Positions 9,561-20,088 of a DNA stretch of 64,000 bases are shown piece after piece (the first letter of the stretch is position 1; each line of letters starts with the position of its first letter). The notes below the pieces were generated by a model that was given only the letters and a program-made list of their open reading frames with translations, searched no databases and was not told the origin of the DNA. The stretch lies in assembly GCA_040005235.1 (NCBI GenBank), contig JBDTZG010000001.1, forward strand, positions 224,001-288,000, written 5' to 3'. This stretch comes from Acidobacteriota bacterium. Its GTDB lineage: Bacteria; Acidobacteriota; Thermoanaerobaculia; Multivoradales; UBA5704. The position numbers were made by a program, and so were the translations under genes.

Positions 9561-9698
9561 GGCGAAATCTCCTTTGAGTCTCGACGCACGAACGCGTCGA
9601 GGGCAATTCCGGAGATCGCGGGGGTAAAGCGTCGTCGGGGAAAGCGTCCGGCGGTACTAACTAGAATTGAGGGCGAAGACCCCCATGCACCGTTCGGA

Positions 9699-9839
9699 CT
9701 CATCTTCCGGCGAACCGCTCGACCCGGAGCAAAAAATCTCCGGAGGGTTTCCGTTGGATTTGGCACCACTGCAAGGGATTTCTCCCTCGAAGGTTGCCCC
9801 GGCGTCTGCGGGCCAATTCCCTCAGCCGGTCTCGATGAG
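9699..9839 (-). ncRNA. SAM-I riboswitch (S-box)
   Basis: Minus strand reads CTCATCGAGA..GGCTGAGGGA.TTGGCCC...GCAACC...GGTGCCAAATCC...GGAAGATGAG with P1 CTCATC/GATGAG; lies upstream of hom-metX-metB. Confidence 0.93.
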
Positions 9840-9885
9840 CAGGCGGATTGTGCGGGGAAGGGACGGAGTTGTCAAACGGTGGTCG

Positions 9886-12800
9886 CTACTTTCCCCCTGC
9901 CCAGACCCCCGGCAACCCAGCCCCCTGGGCCTGCCGGTCGAGGGCCGCGACATCTCCCGAGATCAAACCGTCCAGCTCGGCAACATCCTTGTCGAGCTCG
10001 GCTTTTTCCCGGGCGTACTCTTCGCGCATGCCTTGGGTCGGAGCTCCGTCGCCTCCCTTGACGGTATCGAACAGCGGCGCCAGGCGCGAGTAGAGCTTCG
10101 CTCCTCCTTCGAAGGCGAGGATGTCGTAGATCACGGTCGCTTTCGGATTGTGGAGCTTGCCTTCGAGCGCGTCGAGCTTGGCCACCGCGGCCTCAGAAGC
10201 TTTGACTAGGGCAGCTTTCGAATCGTCCTTGCGGATCAGATCGGCGCGGGCGGCGACTTGTCTTTTGACCGAGCGCAGTTTTTCGACCGTGCGGGTGAGG
10301 CGGGTGAGGTCGTCGCGGACGGCGAGCGAGAGATCGAGCTGCGCCGCGAGGTCGGCGGTGACGGCGGGGAAGCGCGGGTCGGGGAGGACCTTGGCGGTCA
10401 TGCTCTGGCTCTGTCCGTCGACACTCAGTTTGAACGTGTAGGTTCCCGGCAGGGCGGTCGGACCGTAGAGAGGATAGCCGGCGTCCAGAATGCCGCCGGG
10501 GACCATTTCAGCGCCGTCCCAGAGGAGGTCCCAGGAAGCGAGGTTGAGCCCCAGCTCCTTGCCCAGCACCCGGTCTTTGAGGCCGTCCACCTCGTCCTTC
10601 ACGTACTCCGTGCTGCCGGTCGCTTCGGCCGCCTTGCTGCTGCGGCGGGCGACCAGGCGGCCGGAGTCGGTGTAGACCTCCAGCGCCACGTCGCCCTTCG
10701 GCGCCTTGCCCAGCCAGTAGGCGACGCGCACGCCGCGGTCGGGGTTGCTAGCGGTCCACACCCCTTGGCGGGCCACCCCTTCGCGCAGCGTCCAACGGAC
10801 CGCGTCGGGCCCGGGGAAAAGATGCAGGTCGCCCTTTCTCGCCTCTTCCGACAGCTGGAACAGGAGCGAGGTGTCGTCCAGCATCCACATTGAACGGCCG
10901 TGAGTGCCGACCACCAGGCTGTTGCCCGAGACCGCAAGGTCGTGAACCGCCACGGTAGGCAGGTTCAGCTTGAGCGAGCGCCAGGTGGTTCCGTCGTCGG
11001 TCGAGAAGAGGACGCCCCGCTCGGTCCCGAGATAGAGCACCCCCGGCCGCGCGGAGTCGGCGCGGACGGCGTGGAGGTAGACGTCGCGCCGTAGGCCGGA
11101 GGCGGGCTTTCCGCCCATTCCCAGCCGCTTCCAGCTTTTGCCGAAGTCGGTCGTCTTCCAGAGATAGGGCGCCATGTCGTCCATCCGGTGGTTGTCGACC
11201 ACCAGATAGGCGGTCCCGGCGTCCTTTGCCGAGGGCTCGATCATCGACACCGTGCCCCATTCCGGAAAGCCGGGCACCGCGGCCGTGACGTTGTCCCAAT
11301 GGGCGCCGCTGTCGCGGGTGATCTGCACCAGACCGTCGTCGCTACCGGTCCAGATCGTACCCGCGGCGACCGGCGACTCGGCGACTGCGAAGATCGTGGC
11401 ATAGGTCTCCACCCCGGTGTTGTCGCCGGTGATCGGCCCGCCCGACCACTTCTGCGTCGACTTGTCGTTGCGCGTCAAATCCGGGCTGATCGCCTCCCAA
11501 GTCTGCCCCGCGTCGCGGGTGCGGAAGAGGACGTTGCTCCCGTGATAGACGGTCTTCGGATCGTGCGGCGAGGTAGCGATCGGCGCGGTCCACTGGAAAC
11601 GGTAGAGGAGATCCTCGCCGCCATGGCCGGAAGGGTTGTCCGGGTAGATGCTGACGTTGCGGGTCTGGCCCGTCTCGCCGTTGTAGCGGGTGATCGTCCC
11701 GCCGTACTCCCCGGCGTAGATGATGTCCGGATCGGCGGTGTCCGAGGCGACGAAACCCGCTTCGCCCCCCCCCACTCCGCGCCAGTCGACGTTGCGGATT
11801 CCGGTGTGGGCGAGGGTGTCGGACGGCCCCTGCGCGGTGCCGATGTCCTGGAGCGCGCCGGCCACCCAGAACGGCCTGCGGCTGTCGATCGAGGCATGGT
11901 AGAACTGGCCGATCGGCAGTGACGGCGAGCTCCAGTTTTCGCCGCCGTCGAACGAGACGTCCACCCCGCCGTCGTTGCTCGCGATCATTCGCTTCGGATT
12001 CTTCGGATCGAACCAGATGTCGTGGCAGTCGCCGTGGTGCAGCCCCTCGACGAAGTCGAAGGTCTTGCCGCCATCGATCGACTTGAGCATCGGCACGTTC
12101 GGGCACCAGACCTCGTTCGGGTTGGTCGGATGGACGGCGAGGGTCGAGTAATACCAGGCGCGCTGCCGGATGCGCCGATCGCCGGAGACGAGCGTCCAGC
12201 TCTCGCCGCCGTCGTCGGAGCGGAACAGGCCGCCTTTCTCGTTCTCGATCAGCGCGTAGACCCGCCGACTGTCGGACGGCGCCACCGCCACGCCCACCTT
12301 CCCCCAGATGCCGTCGGGCAGGCCGCTGCCGGTGAGCTGCTTCCAGGTGTCTCCCCCGTCGCGCGACAGCCAGAGGCCGCTGCCCGGGCCGCCGCTGGTC
12401 ATCTCCCAAGGGCGCCGCCGGGCCTGCCAGAGGCCGGCGAACACGAGGTTCGGATTGTTCGGATCGAGCGTCACCGCGGAGGCGCCGGTCCATTCGTCTT
12501 TTTTGAGCACCTGTATCCAAGTTCGGCCGCCATCCCTCGTCCGGTAGACGCCGCGCTCCGGATTCGGGCCGAAGGCATGGCCGAGCACCGCGGCGTAGGC
12601 GATGTTCGGATCACGCGGATCCACCGCCATCTGGCCGATCTGCCCTGCCTGGTTCCAGACGTGGTTCCAGCTCTTGCCCGCGTCGGTCGACTTATAGATG
12701 CCGTTTCCCGCCGCCACGTTGCCGCGGATGTTCGCCTCGCCCGAGCCGACGTAGATCACGTTCGGGTCGGACGGCGCGATCGCGAATGAGCCGATCGAGG

Positions 12801-13137
12801 AGATCGGCTGGTCGTCGAAGATCGGCGAGAAGGTCTTGGCGCCGTCGGTCGATTTCCAGACGCCGCCGGAAGCCGCCGTGAAGTAGAACAGGTTCGGGTC
12901 GCCGGGGACCCCCGCCGCGCGCGTCGTCCGCCCGCCCCAGGCCGGGCCGAGCAGCCGGTACTTCAGCCCCTTGACGCCGGGAGGATCTTCGAGCTTGACC
13001 TCTTGGTCGACCTTCTGCGTGCCGTCTTTCGGCGGGGCGTCGCTCGAAGGCGGGGCGCCCGCGGCCAAGGGACCGGTCCACAGGAAAAGCGCGAGTGCGA
13101 GGGTCGAGAGATGGATCAGGCGGCGGATCGAGTGCAT
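9886..13137 (-). CDS. Secreted BNR/Asp-box (VPS10/sortilin-like) beta-propeller glycosyl-hydrolase-like protein
   Basis: Signal peptide from MHSIRR; many SxDGGxTW Asp-boxes; YRFQWTAPI; GTHGRS. Confidence 0.88.
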   Translation of the reverse strand: MHSIRRLIHLSTLALALFLWTGPLAAGAPPSSDAPPKDGTQKVDQEVKLEDPPGVKGLKYRLLGPAWGGRTTRAAGVPGDPNLFYFTAASGGVWKSTDGAKTFSPIFDDQPISSIGSFAIAPSDPNVIYVGSGEANIRGNVAAGNGIYKSTDAGKSWNHVWNQAGQIGQMAVDPRDPNIAYAAVLGHAFGPNPERGVYRTRDGGRTWIQVLKKDEWTGASAVTLDPNNPNLVFAGLWQARRRPWEMTSGGPGSGLWLSRDGGDTWKQLTGSGLPDGIWGKVGVAVAPSDSRRVYALIENEKGGLFRSDDGGESWTLVSGDRRIRQRAWYYSTLAVHPTNPNEVWCPNVPMLKSIDGGKTFDFVEGLHHGDCHDIWFDPKNPKRMIASNDGGVDVSFDGGENWSSPSLPIGQFYHASIDSRRPFWVAGALQDIGTAQGPSDTLAHTGIRNVDWRGVGGGEAGFVASDTADPDIIYAGEYGGTITRYNGETGQTRNVSIYPDNPSGHGGEDLLYRFQWTAPIATSPHDPKTVYHGSNVLFRTRDAGQTWEAISPDLTRNDKSTQKWSGGPITGDNTGVETYATIFAVAESPVAAGTIWTGSDDGLVQITRDSGAHWDNVTAAVPGFPEWGTVSMIEPSAKDAGTAYLVVDNHRMDDMAPYLWKTTDFGKSWKRLGMGGKPASGLRRDVYLHAVRADSARPGVLYLGTERGVLFSTDDGTTWRSLKLNLPTVAVHDLAVSGNSLVVGTHGRSMWMLDDTSLLFQLSEEARKGDLHLFPGPDAVRWTLREGVARQGVWTASNPDRGVRVAYWLGKAPKGDVALEVYTDSGRLVARRSSKAAEATGSTEYVKDEVDGLKDRVLGKELGLNLASWDLLWDGAEMVPGGILDAGYPLYGPTALPGTYTFKLSVDGQSQSMTAKVLPDPRFPAVTADLAAQLDLSLAVRDDLTRLTRTVEKLRSVKRQVAARADLIRKDDSKAALVKASEAAVAKLDALEGKLHNPKATVIYDILAFEGGAKLYSRLAPLFDTVKGGDGAPTQGMREEYAREKAELDKDVAELDGLISGDVAALDRQAQGAGLPGVWAGGK

Positions 13138-13786
13138 GCGGCGTCCTCGCGAAAGGGAGGTTGGGGGAGTCCGGGGTCCGAAGAGCCTAGCCCATGGTGG
13201 CGCTCCAGGCCAGGCCGGCCGGGAGGAGGATTTGCGCGAGGAAGGCTCCGGGCGAACTGAAGCCCGGAGGAAAGGAGGGGGGGATGCGGAGGGTGAAAAA
13301 CGGCGCCGATCTTTTGGGGAGACGGGGCACCGAGGGAACGGTAAGAAAACGAAAGGAAAGATTAAAGCTGCGCGGCGCGAGCCGAAACGATCGCCGAGAG
13401 GAGCGGAAACGATCGCCCCGGCTTCGCGCCGCGGGATCTCGGACGACCCGAGATCCAACGCCGGGGAGAGTACGGCGCCGGACTCGGGGGGTGCTATCGA
13501 AATCTTGACTGTTTGTATACCGCTTGGTCGATCGTGAAATCGGCAACCCTACCCGGCGCGTCGGCGACACGTCGCCGACGCGTCGGTTCGGCGCTCTCGG
13601 ACTTCTAGATTGCGAGCCGATGGAGTCGACCGCCATCAGGGGAAAACTGAATTTCGCCTCCAAAAAAACTAACCTCAGTTGCAACTCGCACGAATGAAAG
13701 CGTTTCGATTTGGAGCGGCATGCTTCTTGAAAATAGTTCGTTCCCGAACCACGATCAGCGGGTATAGTTATTGAAAATTCCAGACA

Positions 13787-15067
13787 ATGTCCGGCGCCGG
13801 TAGCAGGGCGACGGCAAGAAGGAAGGAGGGCGATGAGGTGATCGCTCCAGGTTTCGCTGCCGTCGGCGAGGACCCGAGGGTTCTGCGTATCCTGATCGCC
13901 CATGCCGACGCGGCGACCCGGCGGGCGATCGACCAGGCGCTGCGTCGAACCGCCCTCGGTCCGGTCGCGATCTACGAGGCCCCTTCGCTGCTGGACGGCT
14001 TGCGCAACGTCTCGCGGATCGATCCTCACGTCGTCCTCGTTGATCTCTCCGAAGACCGCGACCTGGCGCTCGAGCTGGCCCGCGAGGCGCGGCGCCCGGG
14101 CCGGCTGATCGTCGGCCTGTACAGCCCGCTCGCGGTGCAGGAGCGCGAAGGCGACCTGTTCCGTCGCGCCGCGCGGGCCGGCTTCGGCGATTTCGTGCCG
14201 CTGCCCGCGGCGGAGGACGAGCTGGCGGCGGCGCTTCGCGCGGCGCAGGTCGGACACGGTGCGGCCGCCTCGCCCGCCGGAGAGCGGGCGGAGGGGCGGG
14301 TGGTCGCCTTTGTCGGTCACAAAGGGGGAGTGGGCACCTCGACGCTGGCGGTCAACACGGCGCTTGCGCTCGCGGCCTCCGGGCGGGTCGCCTCGGGCGT
14401 CGCGCTGTGCGACGCCGCGCTCCAGTTCGGCTCGGTCGCGGCGCTGCTCGGGCTGGTGCCCGAGGTCGACCTCGCCGACCTGGTCCGCGATCTCGACGAA
14501 CCCGAAGCGCTCATGAGCTATCTGACGTTCGAGGGGAAGACCCGGCTCGCGGTGCTCGCCGGACCGCGCGATCCGCGCGCGGCGGAAAGGATCTCGCCGG
14601 AGGACTTGGGGCGGGTGCTGATCGCTCTGCGTCGCCGGTTCGGCCTGGTGGTGGTCGACACGCCCGTCCTCCTCGACCTGCTGAGCCTCGCGGTGCTCGA
14701 CCTGGCCGAGACGATCGTCCTGGTCACCGAGGCGCTCGCCCCGACGGTGGTGGCAAGCGCGATCTGGCTCGACCTGTTGGCCGAACAGGGATTCGCCGGC
14801 GATCGGTTTCGCGTTGTGCTCAATCGGCATTCCTCGGCCGCGGGAACTCTGTCGGAGCGGACCGTCGCCGAGCACCTGGGGCGGTCGATCGACCTGATCG
14901 TGCCCGAGCACGAGGCGGTGCGCCCGGCGGGCGCCACCGGCTCGCCGATGTTCCTCGCCCAACCGAAAACGGCGTTCTCCCAAGCGGTGGGCCGGCTCGC
15001 CGAGGCGACACTCGCCGGCGCGGCGCGAGCGGGTTCGGCGCCCGCGCTCCGGAGCCTCTTCGGATGA
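13787..15067 (+). CDS. cpaE: Tad pilus assembly protein CpaE/TadZ (receiver-like + MinD/ParA-like)
   Basis: Degenerate receiver domain, KGGVGTST deviant Walker A, LQFG, VVVDTP, VVLNR; adjacent to cpaF. Start may be GTG 13838. Confidence 0.85.
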   Translation: MSGAGSRATARRKEGDEVIAPGFAAVGEDPRVLRILIAHADAATRRAIDQALRRTALGPVAIYEAPSLLDGLRNVSRIDPHVVLVDLSEDRDLALELAREARRPGRLIVGLYSPLAVQEREGDLFRRAARAGFGDFVPLPAAEDELAAALRAAQVGHGAAASPAGERAEGRVVAFVGHKGGVGTSTLAVNTALALAASGRVASGVALCDAALQFGSVAALLGLVPEVDLADLVRDLDEPEALMSYLTFEGKTRLAVLAGPRDPRAAERISPEDLGRVLIALRRRFGLVVVDTPVLLDLLSLAVLDLAETIVLVTEALAPTVVASAIWLDLLAEQGFAGDRFRVVLNRHSSAAGTLSERTVAEHLGRSIDLIVPEHEAVRPAGATGSPMFLAQPKTAFSQAVGRLAEATLAGAARAGSAPALRSLFG

Positions 15068-16467
15068 CCGACTATCGCGAGCTGCTGCGCGCCGGTTGGC
15101 GCCATCGCAAGAACGACGACGACGATCGGCGCGGCGCGCCGGCCGAACGGACGGTGGGGGTGCTCGGCGGGGACGCGGCTACGAATGAGAGCGCGCCGCG
15201 GCGCCAACGGCGGCAGGTCCTCGAACTGTTTTTAAAGAGCGTCGACCAGAGGAACAGCACCGCCCAGATCGGCTCGCGCGAGGCGCGCCACCGGGTCGGA
15301 CGGCTGGTCGACGACGCGGTCTCCTCCGGCGGGATCGCGCCGCTCGACGCGCGCGAGCGCGTCAAGCTCGAAGACCAGGTGGTCGCCGAGATCCGCGGCC
15401 TGGGGCCGCTCGAGCCGCTGTTTTCCGATCCGACGGTCTCCGACATCCTGGTCAACGGCCCCGACGAGGTTTGGGTTGACCGCTTCGGTCGGCTCGAACG
15501 GACGCGGATCCGCTTCGACGACGCGGCGCACCTCTCCCGCATCCTCGGTCGGCTGGTCGGCTCCCAAGGCCGGCATCTCGACGAGGCGTCGCCGCACGTC
15601 GACGTCCGCCTGCCCGACGGCAGCCGGCTACACGCGCTGATTCCGCCTCTCGCGGTCGCCCCGGTGGTGTCGATCCGTCGCATGCGTCCGGTGCCGTTCC
15701 GGCTCGAAGAGCTGGCCGCGAGCGGCGCGATCAGCCCGGAGGTGGGGGCCTTTCTTTCCGCCGCCGTTGCCGGCCGGTTGAACATCTTGATCTCCGGCGG
15801 CACCGCATCGGGAAAGACCACGCTGTTGAACGTGCTCGCGGCGCTCATCCCTCATCAAGAGCGGGTGATCACGATCGAAGAGACCGTCGAGCTGCGCTTC
15901 GCCCATCCACACGTGGTGTCGCTCGAAGCGCGGCTGCCGAACATCGAAGGCACCGGCGAGGTGTCGCTGCGCGCGTTAGTCAAGAACGCCCTGCGCATGC
16001 GCCCCGACCGGATCCTGGTCGGCGAGGTGCGCGGGCCCGAGGCGTTCGACATGTTGCAGGCGATGAACACCGGCCACGAGGGGAGCTTGACGACGGTCCA
16101 TGCGAACAGCCCGGAGGACGCCCTGCGGCGGTTGGAGAACCTGGTGCAGATGGGCGGCTTCGAGCTACCGAGCGCGGCGATCCGCGAGCTGCTCGGCGCG
16201 GCGTTCGATCTGGTGATCCAGATGAACCGGTTCCGCGACGGCTCGCGCCGGGTGACCGGCGTGCGGGAAGTGCAGGTCGTGGCGGGGCAGTTGGTCACCC
16301 GCGAGCTGTTCCGGTTCGAGGCCGACGGCGGAGGCCGGGAGCGGGGCGCGGGGCGGCACGTCGCGACCGGCATCCGACCCGCGTTTCTGCCCCGACTGGT
16401 GGGGATTCCCGGGTTCTCGGAGGCTTTGTTCGTGCCTGCCGGCGAACCGGTGAGGGAGAGGACCTGA
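15064..16467 (+). CDS. cpaF: Tad pilus assembly ATPase CpaF/TadA
   Basis: [47 protein letters not shown]; ATG 15064 overlaps the cpaE stop. Confidence 0.95.
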   Translation: MTDYRELLRAGWRHRKNDDDDRRGAPAERTVGVLGGDAATNESAPRRQRRQVLELFLKSVDQRNSTAQIGSREARHRVGRLVDDAVSSGGIAPLDARERVKLEDQVVAEIRGLGPLEPLFSDPTVSDILVNGPDEVWVDRFGRLERTRIRFDDAAHLSRILGRLVGSQGRHLDEASPHVDVRLPDGSRLHALIPPLAVAPVVSIRRMRPVPFRLEELAASGAISPEVGAFLSAAVAGRLNILISGGTASGKTTLLNVLAALIPHQERVITIEETVELRFAHPHVVSLEARLPNIEGTGEVSLRALVKNALRMRPDRILVGEVRGPEAFDMLQAMNTGHEGSLTTVHANSPEDALRRLENLVQMGGFELPSAAIRELLGAAFDLVIQMNRFRDGSRRVTGVREVQVVAGQLVTRELFRFEADGGGRERGAGRHVATGIRPAFLPRLVGIPGFSEALFVPAGEPVRERT

Positions 16468-17426
16468 TGCCGGCCTGGGCCGAAAGCCTGCTGTTGCTCG
16501 CCTCCGCCCTGGTGGTCGCGGGGGCGGCGGCCGACTATCTGCGCGCGGGTTTCGCCGAGCGGCGCGATCGGCAGTTTCTGGATCGCCTGGCGGAGCGCCA
16601 GGGCGAGCGCGGCGGTCGCGAGCTTCGCTCCGCGGGGGCCGGAGACGCCGTGGGCACCTCGGAGGCCGAGCGGCGCGAGGAGGTGCCGGCGTTGGAACGA
16701 AAACTGCGCGCCGCCGGGCTGCCGATTGGCCCGATGACCTTTGTGGCAGCGGTGCTGCTAGGGCTGGTGGCGGTCGTCGTTTTCCTGCTCGCCGAGTTTC
16801 CCAATTTGGCCGTCGCGGCGTTTGCCGGCGGCGGGCTCGCCCTCTACCTTCCCTGGGCTTGGCTCGGCTCGCTCGGACGCTGGCGCGCCCGGCGTTTTGA
16901 GGCGCGCCTGGGCGAGGCGCTCGGCTTCATGGTCGGCTCCCTCCAAGCGGGGGAGAACCCGACCCAGGCGTTCGCCAGCGTCGCCGAGGCTTCGACCGGC
17001 GCGATTCGCCGGGAGTTCTCCGAGGTCGCCCACCGGCTGGGATTGGGCATGCCGATCCGGCGGGCGCTCTCGAGGATCACCGAAGGGTACGACGCCGAAG
17101 GGGTGCGCCTGTTCGCCCAGAGTCTGATCGCCAAGTGGGAGGTTGGCGGCGATCTCGCGCCGCTGCTCGAATCGGTGGGCCGGATCGTCCGCGATCGGAT
17201 CCAGGTGCGGCTTCGCTTGCTGTCTCAGCTCGGCGGCGCGAGGGTGACTGCTGTGGCGGTGGCGCTCCTTCCCTACGCGGTGATCCCGATCTTCCTGTGG
17301 AAGCTGCCGAGCATGATCCACCGCCTGTTCGACCATCCGCTCGGACCGTCGCTGATGGTGGTCGCGGTCCTGCTTCAGATCGTCTCCTGGATGTGGCTCG
17401 GGCGGATCTTGAGGATCGAGCTGTGA
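16467..17426 (+). CDS. tadB: Tad inner-membrane platform protein TadB (T2SSF family)
   Basis: TM helices, [13 protein letters not shown]; follows cpaF. Confidence 0.88.
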   Translation: MPAWAESLLLLASALVVAGAAADYLRAGFAERRDRQFLDRLAERQGERGGRELRSAGAGDAVGTSEAERREEVPALERKLRAAGLPIGPMTFVAAVLLGLVAVVVFLLAEFPNLAVAAFAGGGLALYLPWAWLGSLGRWRARRFEARLGEALGFMVGSLQAGENPTQAFASVAEASTGAIRREFSEVAHRLGLGMPIRRALSRITEGYDAEGVRLFAQSLIAKWEVGGDLAPLLESVGRIVRDRIQVRLRLLSQLGGARVTAVAVALLPYAVIPIFLWKLPSMIHRLFDHPLGPSLMVVAVLLQIVSWMWLGRILRIEL

Positions 17427-18313
17427 GCGGGCTCGACGCGCTGCTCGCTGTGGCGTTGATCGCGGCCGTGGTCTGGCTGGTGCGGACGCGGCCGGTCGGG
17501 TCGTTGGGTTCTCTCGGCTCCCTCCATGCGCTCCAGGGCTCCGGCGCCGTGGCAAGGCCGGGGGCGGCCCCCGCCGAAGGGTGGCGGGAGCGGGCCTCGG
17601 CCCGGGTACAGGGCTATTTCCCGACCGTGGCGCGCCAAGCGGGTTATGACCCGGCGGCGCTCTCCGGTTTCTTCCTCGCGGCGCGCCTGATCTTCGCCCT
17701 GCTGTTTCCGTCGCTGCTGATCGAGCTGCTCGCCCCTTGGGGGGCGGTGCCTGCGTCGCTCACGGCCGCCTGGCTCGTCGTGCCGGCGTCGATCGGATTC
17801 GTCTTGCCGGATCTCTGGCTACTGGGTGTGCGGCGGCGGCGCAAGGCGAAGGTTGCGCACGGGCTGTCGTTCTTCGCCGACCTCCTGGTCGCCTTTCTCC
17901 ATTCCGGCTTGAGCCTCGAACAGGCGTTCCGGCGCGCCGGGCGCGAAGGGTTTTCCCCTTCGCATCCGCTCGCCCGCGAGGTGGCGACCGTGGGGGTCGA
18001 GCTCGACGCCGGGCAGGATCCCGCGATCGCGTTCCGGGCGCTCGCGGAGCGCACGGGGGTGGCCGAGCTGCGCGGCATCGCCTCGGCGCTCCAGCTCGGC
18101 GCCCGCCTCGGCACGCCTGTCAAGACGACGCTCGCGGCGCACGCCGAGCTGCTCTGGACCAAGCGGCGCGAGAGTGCGCTCAAGAAGATCAACGCCGCCG
18201 CGGTAAAAGTGACGTTTCCGGTGATGCTCGCCGGTTTTCCCCTGTTCTTCCTGCTCACCTTCTTCCCGGCGATCCTGGAGCTGCTGGATGAAGTGCGAGC
18301 CGTTCTCGGTTGA
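17423..18313 (+). CDS. tadC: Tad inner-membrane platform protein TadC (T2SSF family)
   Basis: GFVLPDLWL, DLLVAFLHSGLSLEQA, ALAERTGV, VKVTFPV; GTG 17423 overlaps the tadB stop. Confidence 0.88.
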   Translation: MSGLDALLAVALIAAVVWLVRTRPVGSLGSLGSLHALQGSGAVARPGAAPAEGWRERASARVQGYFPTVARQAGYDPAALSGFFLAARLIFALLFPSLLIELLAPWGAVPASLTAAWLVVPASIGFVLPDLWLLGVRRRRKAKVAHGLSFFADLLVAFLHSGLSLEQAFRRAGREGFSPSHPLAREVATVGVELDAGQDPAIAFRALAERTGVAELRGIASALQLGARLGTPVKTTLAAHAELLWTKRRESALKKINAAAVKVTFPVMLAGFPLFFLLTFFPAILELLDEVRAVLG

Positions 18314-18339
18314 CGTTCGACCCTAAGGAGAGGTGCGAA

Positions 18340-20088
18340 GTGAATCTGACGGAAGAGATTCGGAATCCGGTGAGCGACCTGGCGGCGGCGAGCCCTGACG
18401 ACGAAACCTGGGCTGCGCCGCGCTGGGCGTTGGGCGCTCGGGCGACGGTCCTTTGGGGCCTCGCGGTGCTCGGCTTTCTGCTGCTCTGCTATCGGCCGCT
18501 CGATCCAACGGAGTTGATGGCGCATCTTTCGTACGGGGACTGGCTGCTCCAACACCGGGCGCTGCCGGCCGCCGATCCGATTCAGCCGCTCGCCGCGGGG
18601 ATGCCGATCCTCGATGCCTCGTGGCTCGCGCAAGCGGTTCTCGCGACGGTTGAACGGGCGGGTGACGGGGCGGCAAGCCACGCGGGCGCCGGCTGGCTCG
18701 CGGCACTGTTCGCGCTGCTTCGCCTGGCTGGTGCCGCGCTGCTGCTCTCGGCCTTTCGCCGCGTCTCGGGAAGCTGGGCTTGGGGCCTTGTCGGCCTTGC
18801 CCTGGTGCTCGCTTTCGCCGGAGGGGCGGGAGGGCCTTGGGAGACCTTGGGGCCGGCGACGTTCGGCGCGCTTTGCATGGCCTTCCTGCTCCGACGGATC
18901 GCGAGCTTCGAGGCCGACCAACAGGGCCCGCCGACTCCCGGCCGGGGAGCTTTCAAGGAGCTGGCGGCGGCGGCCGGTTGGGTGGTTCTGTTCGCGCTGT
19001 GGGCGAACCTCCACGTCTCGTTCGTGCTGGGGTTGGCGGTTCTGGCGCTCGGTGCCGCGGGCAAAGGGCTCGAAGCTCTGTCCCGCCGCCGCGAGCGTCC
19101 GTCCAGCGCCTGGCGTTCGCTGGTGATCGATCGCCCTTTCCGACGCTGGCTGCTGTTCGCCGAGCTCGCCGCGGCGGCGACGTTGATCAACCCGTACGGC
19201 ATCGAGCTCTGGCTTCACGTCTGGCGCCTGCGCTCGAACCCGAACCTCGCCGGCATGCCGGCTTGGCAACCGCTGTCGGTCGAGAAGGCCGGGGGCTGGG
19301 CGTTCGCCCTGGCGATCGCGGTGTTGCTCTGGGCCTTTCTCCGGGGCTCCTCGCGGCGCCGGCCGATCCCCGTCGCACAGGCCCTGTGGGGGATCGGGCT
19401 TGGGCTCGCTGCGCTCGCGGCGGCGGGTCTGCTCGCCCCGTGCGCTCCGCTGTTCGTCCTGATCCTGCTCCCTCAATTCGCGGCGCTGTTGGACGACCTG
19501 ACGTCCGGCCTTCGCGCCGAAGGTGCTGCCGGCCGCTTCGGACGTTGGGCGTCGGGCGCGCGGGAACGGTTCGGGTTTCTCGCCGAACCGTCCTGGCACA
19601 AATCGGTGCTCGCCTTGGCGCTCCTCTGGGCGGCGTTCGTCCTGTCGCCGGTCGGCGCGTCGCTGCTCCGCGGCGAGGCGCGACCGCCCGAGCGGGCGTT
19701 TTCCGCGAGCGCGCCGGTCGCTCTCGCCGGCTATCTCGCCGCCCATCCTCCCCGCGGCCTGACGTTCATGCCGACCGTTTGGGCGGACTGGCTGGTGCGG
19801 CAAGGGCCACAGGGGCGCGATCGGCTGCGGCCGTTCGCCACCACGGAAATAGAGGGGCTGCCGACGGAAGTCTGGCAAGACTATCTGCGGATCGCGGGCG
19901 GCGCCTCCGACTGGCAACGGGTGCTCGACCGGTATGGCGTGCGCACCGCGATCTTCGACCGCGAGGCGCAACACGGACAAATCCAATCGCTGCGCTATGC
20001 CGAGGATTGGCGCCTCGCCTACGAAGACGACCGGAGCTTCGTCTTCGAGCGGACGGCCCCGACCTCGACGAAAGGAGGCAAGTTATGA
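18340..20088 (+). CDS. Multi-pass membrane protein, putative GT-C fold glycosyltransferase
   Basis: More than 10 TM segments; AHLSYG, LWANLH, LINPYG motifs; C-terminal soluble domain ending LDRYGV...WRLAYED; AAGGAG before GTG 18340. Function is inferred. Confidence 0.65.
   Translation: MNLTEEIRNPVSDLAAASPDDETWAAPRWALGARATVLWGLAVLGFLLLCYRPLDPTELMAHLSYGDWLLQHRALPAADPIQPLAAGMPILDASWLAQAVLATVERAGDGAASHAGAGWLAALFALLRLAGAALLLSAFRRVSGSWAWGLVGLALVLAFAGGAGGPWETLGPATFGALCMAFLLRRIASFEADQQGPPTPGRGAFKELAAAAGWVVLFALWANLHVSFVLGLAVLALGAAGKGLEALSRRRERPSSAWRSLVIDRPFRRWLLFAELAAAATLINPYGIELWLHVWRLRSNPNLAGMPAWQPLSVEKAGGWAFALAIAVLLWAFLRGSSRRRPIPVAQALWGIGLGLAALAAAGLLAPCAPLFVLILLPQFAALLDDLTSGLRAEGAAGRFGRWASGARERFGFLAEPSWHKSVLALALLWAAFVLSPVGASLLRGEARPPERAFSASAPVALAGYLAAHPPRGLTFMPTVWADWLVRQGPQGRDRLRPFATTEIEGLPTEVWQDYLRIAGGASDWQRVLDRYGVRTAIFDREAQHGQIQSLRYAEDWRLAYEDDRSFVFERTAPTSTKGGKL

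Noticed and set aside
7402-9606. 734-aa MetX fusion, and similar long N-terminal extensions on cpaF, tadC, cpaC, the first regulator and 18780..21353
   Set aside because: The extensions overlap upstream genes in another frame; true starts sit at stop/start overlaps
17644-19986. Long antisense ORFs (also 41385..43391, 51073..52875, 58563..61049)
   Set aside because: Shadow ORFs expected in high-GC DNA opposite well-supported genes; no recognisable motifs
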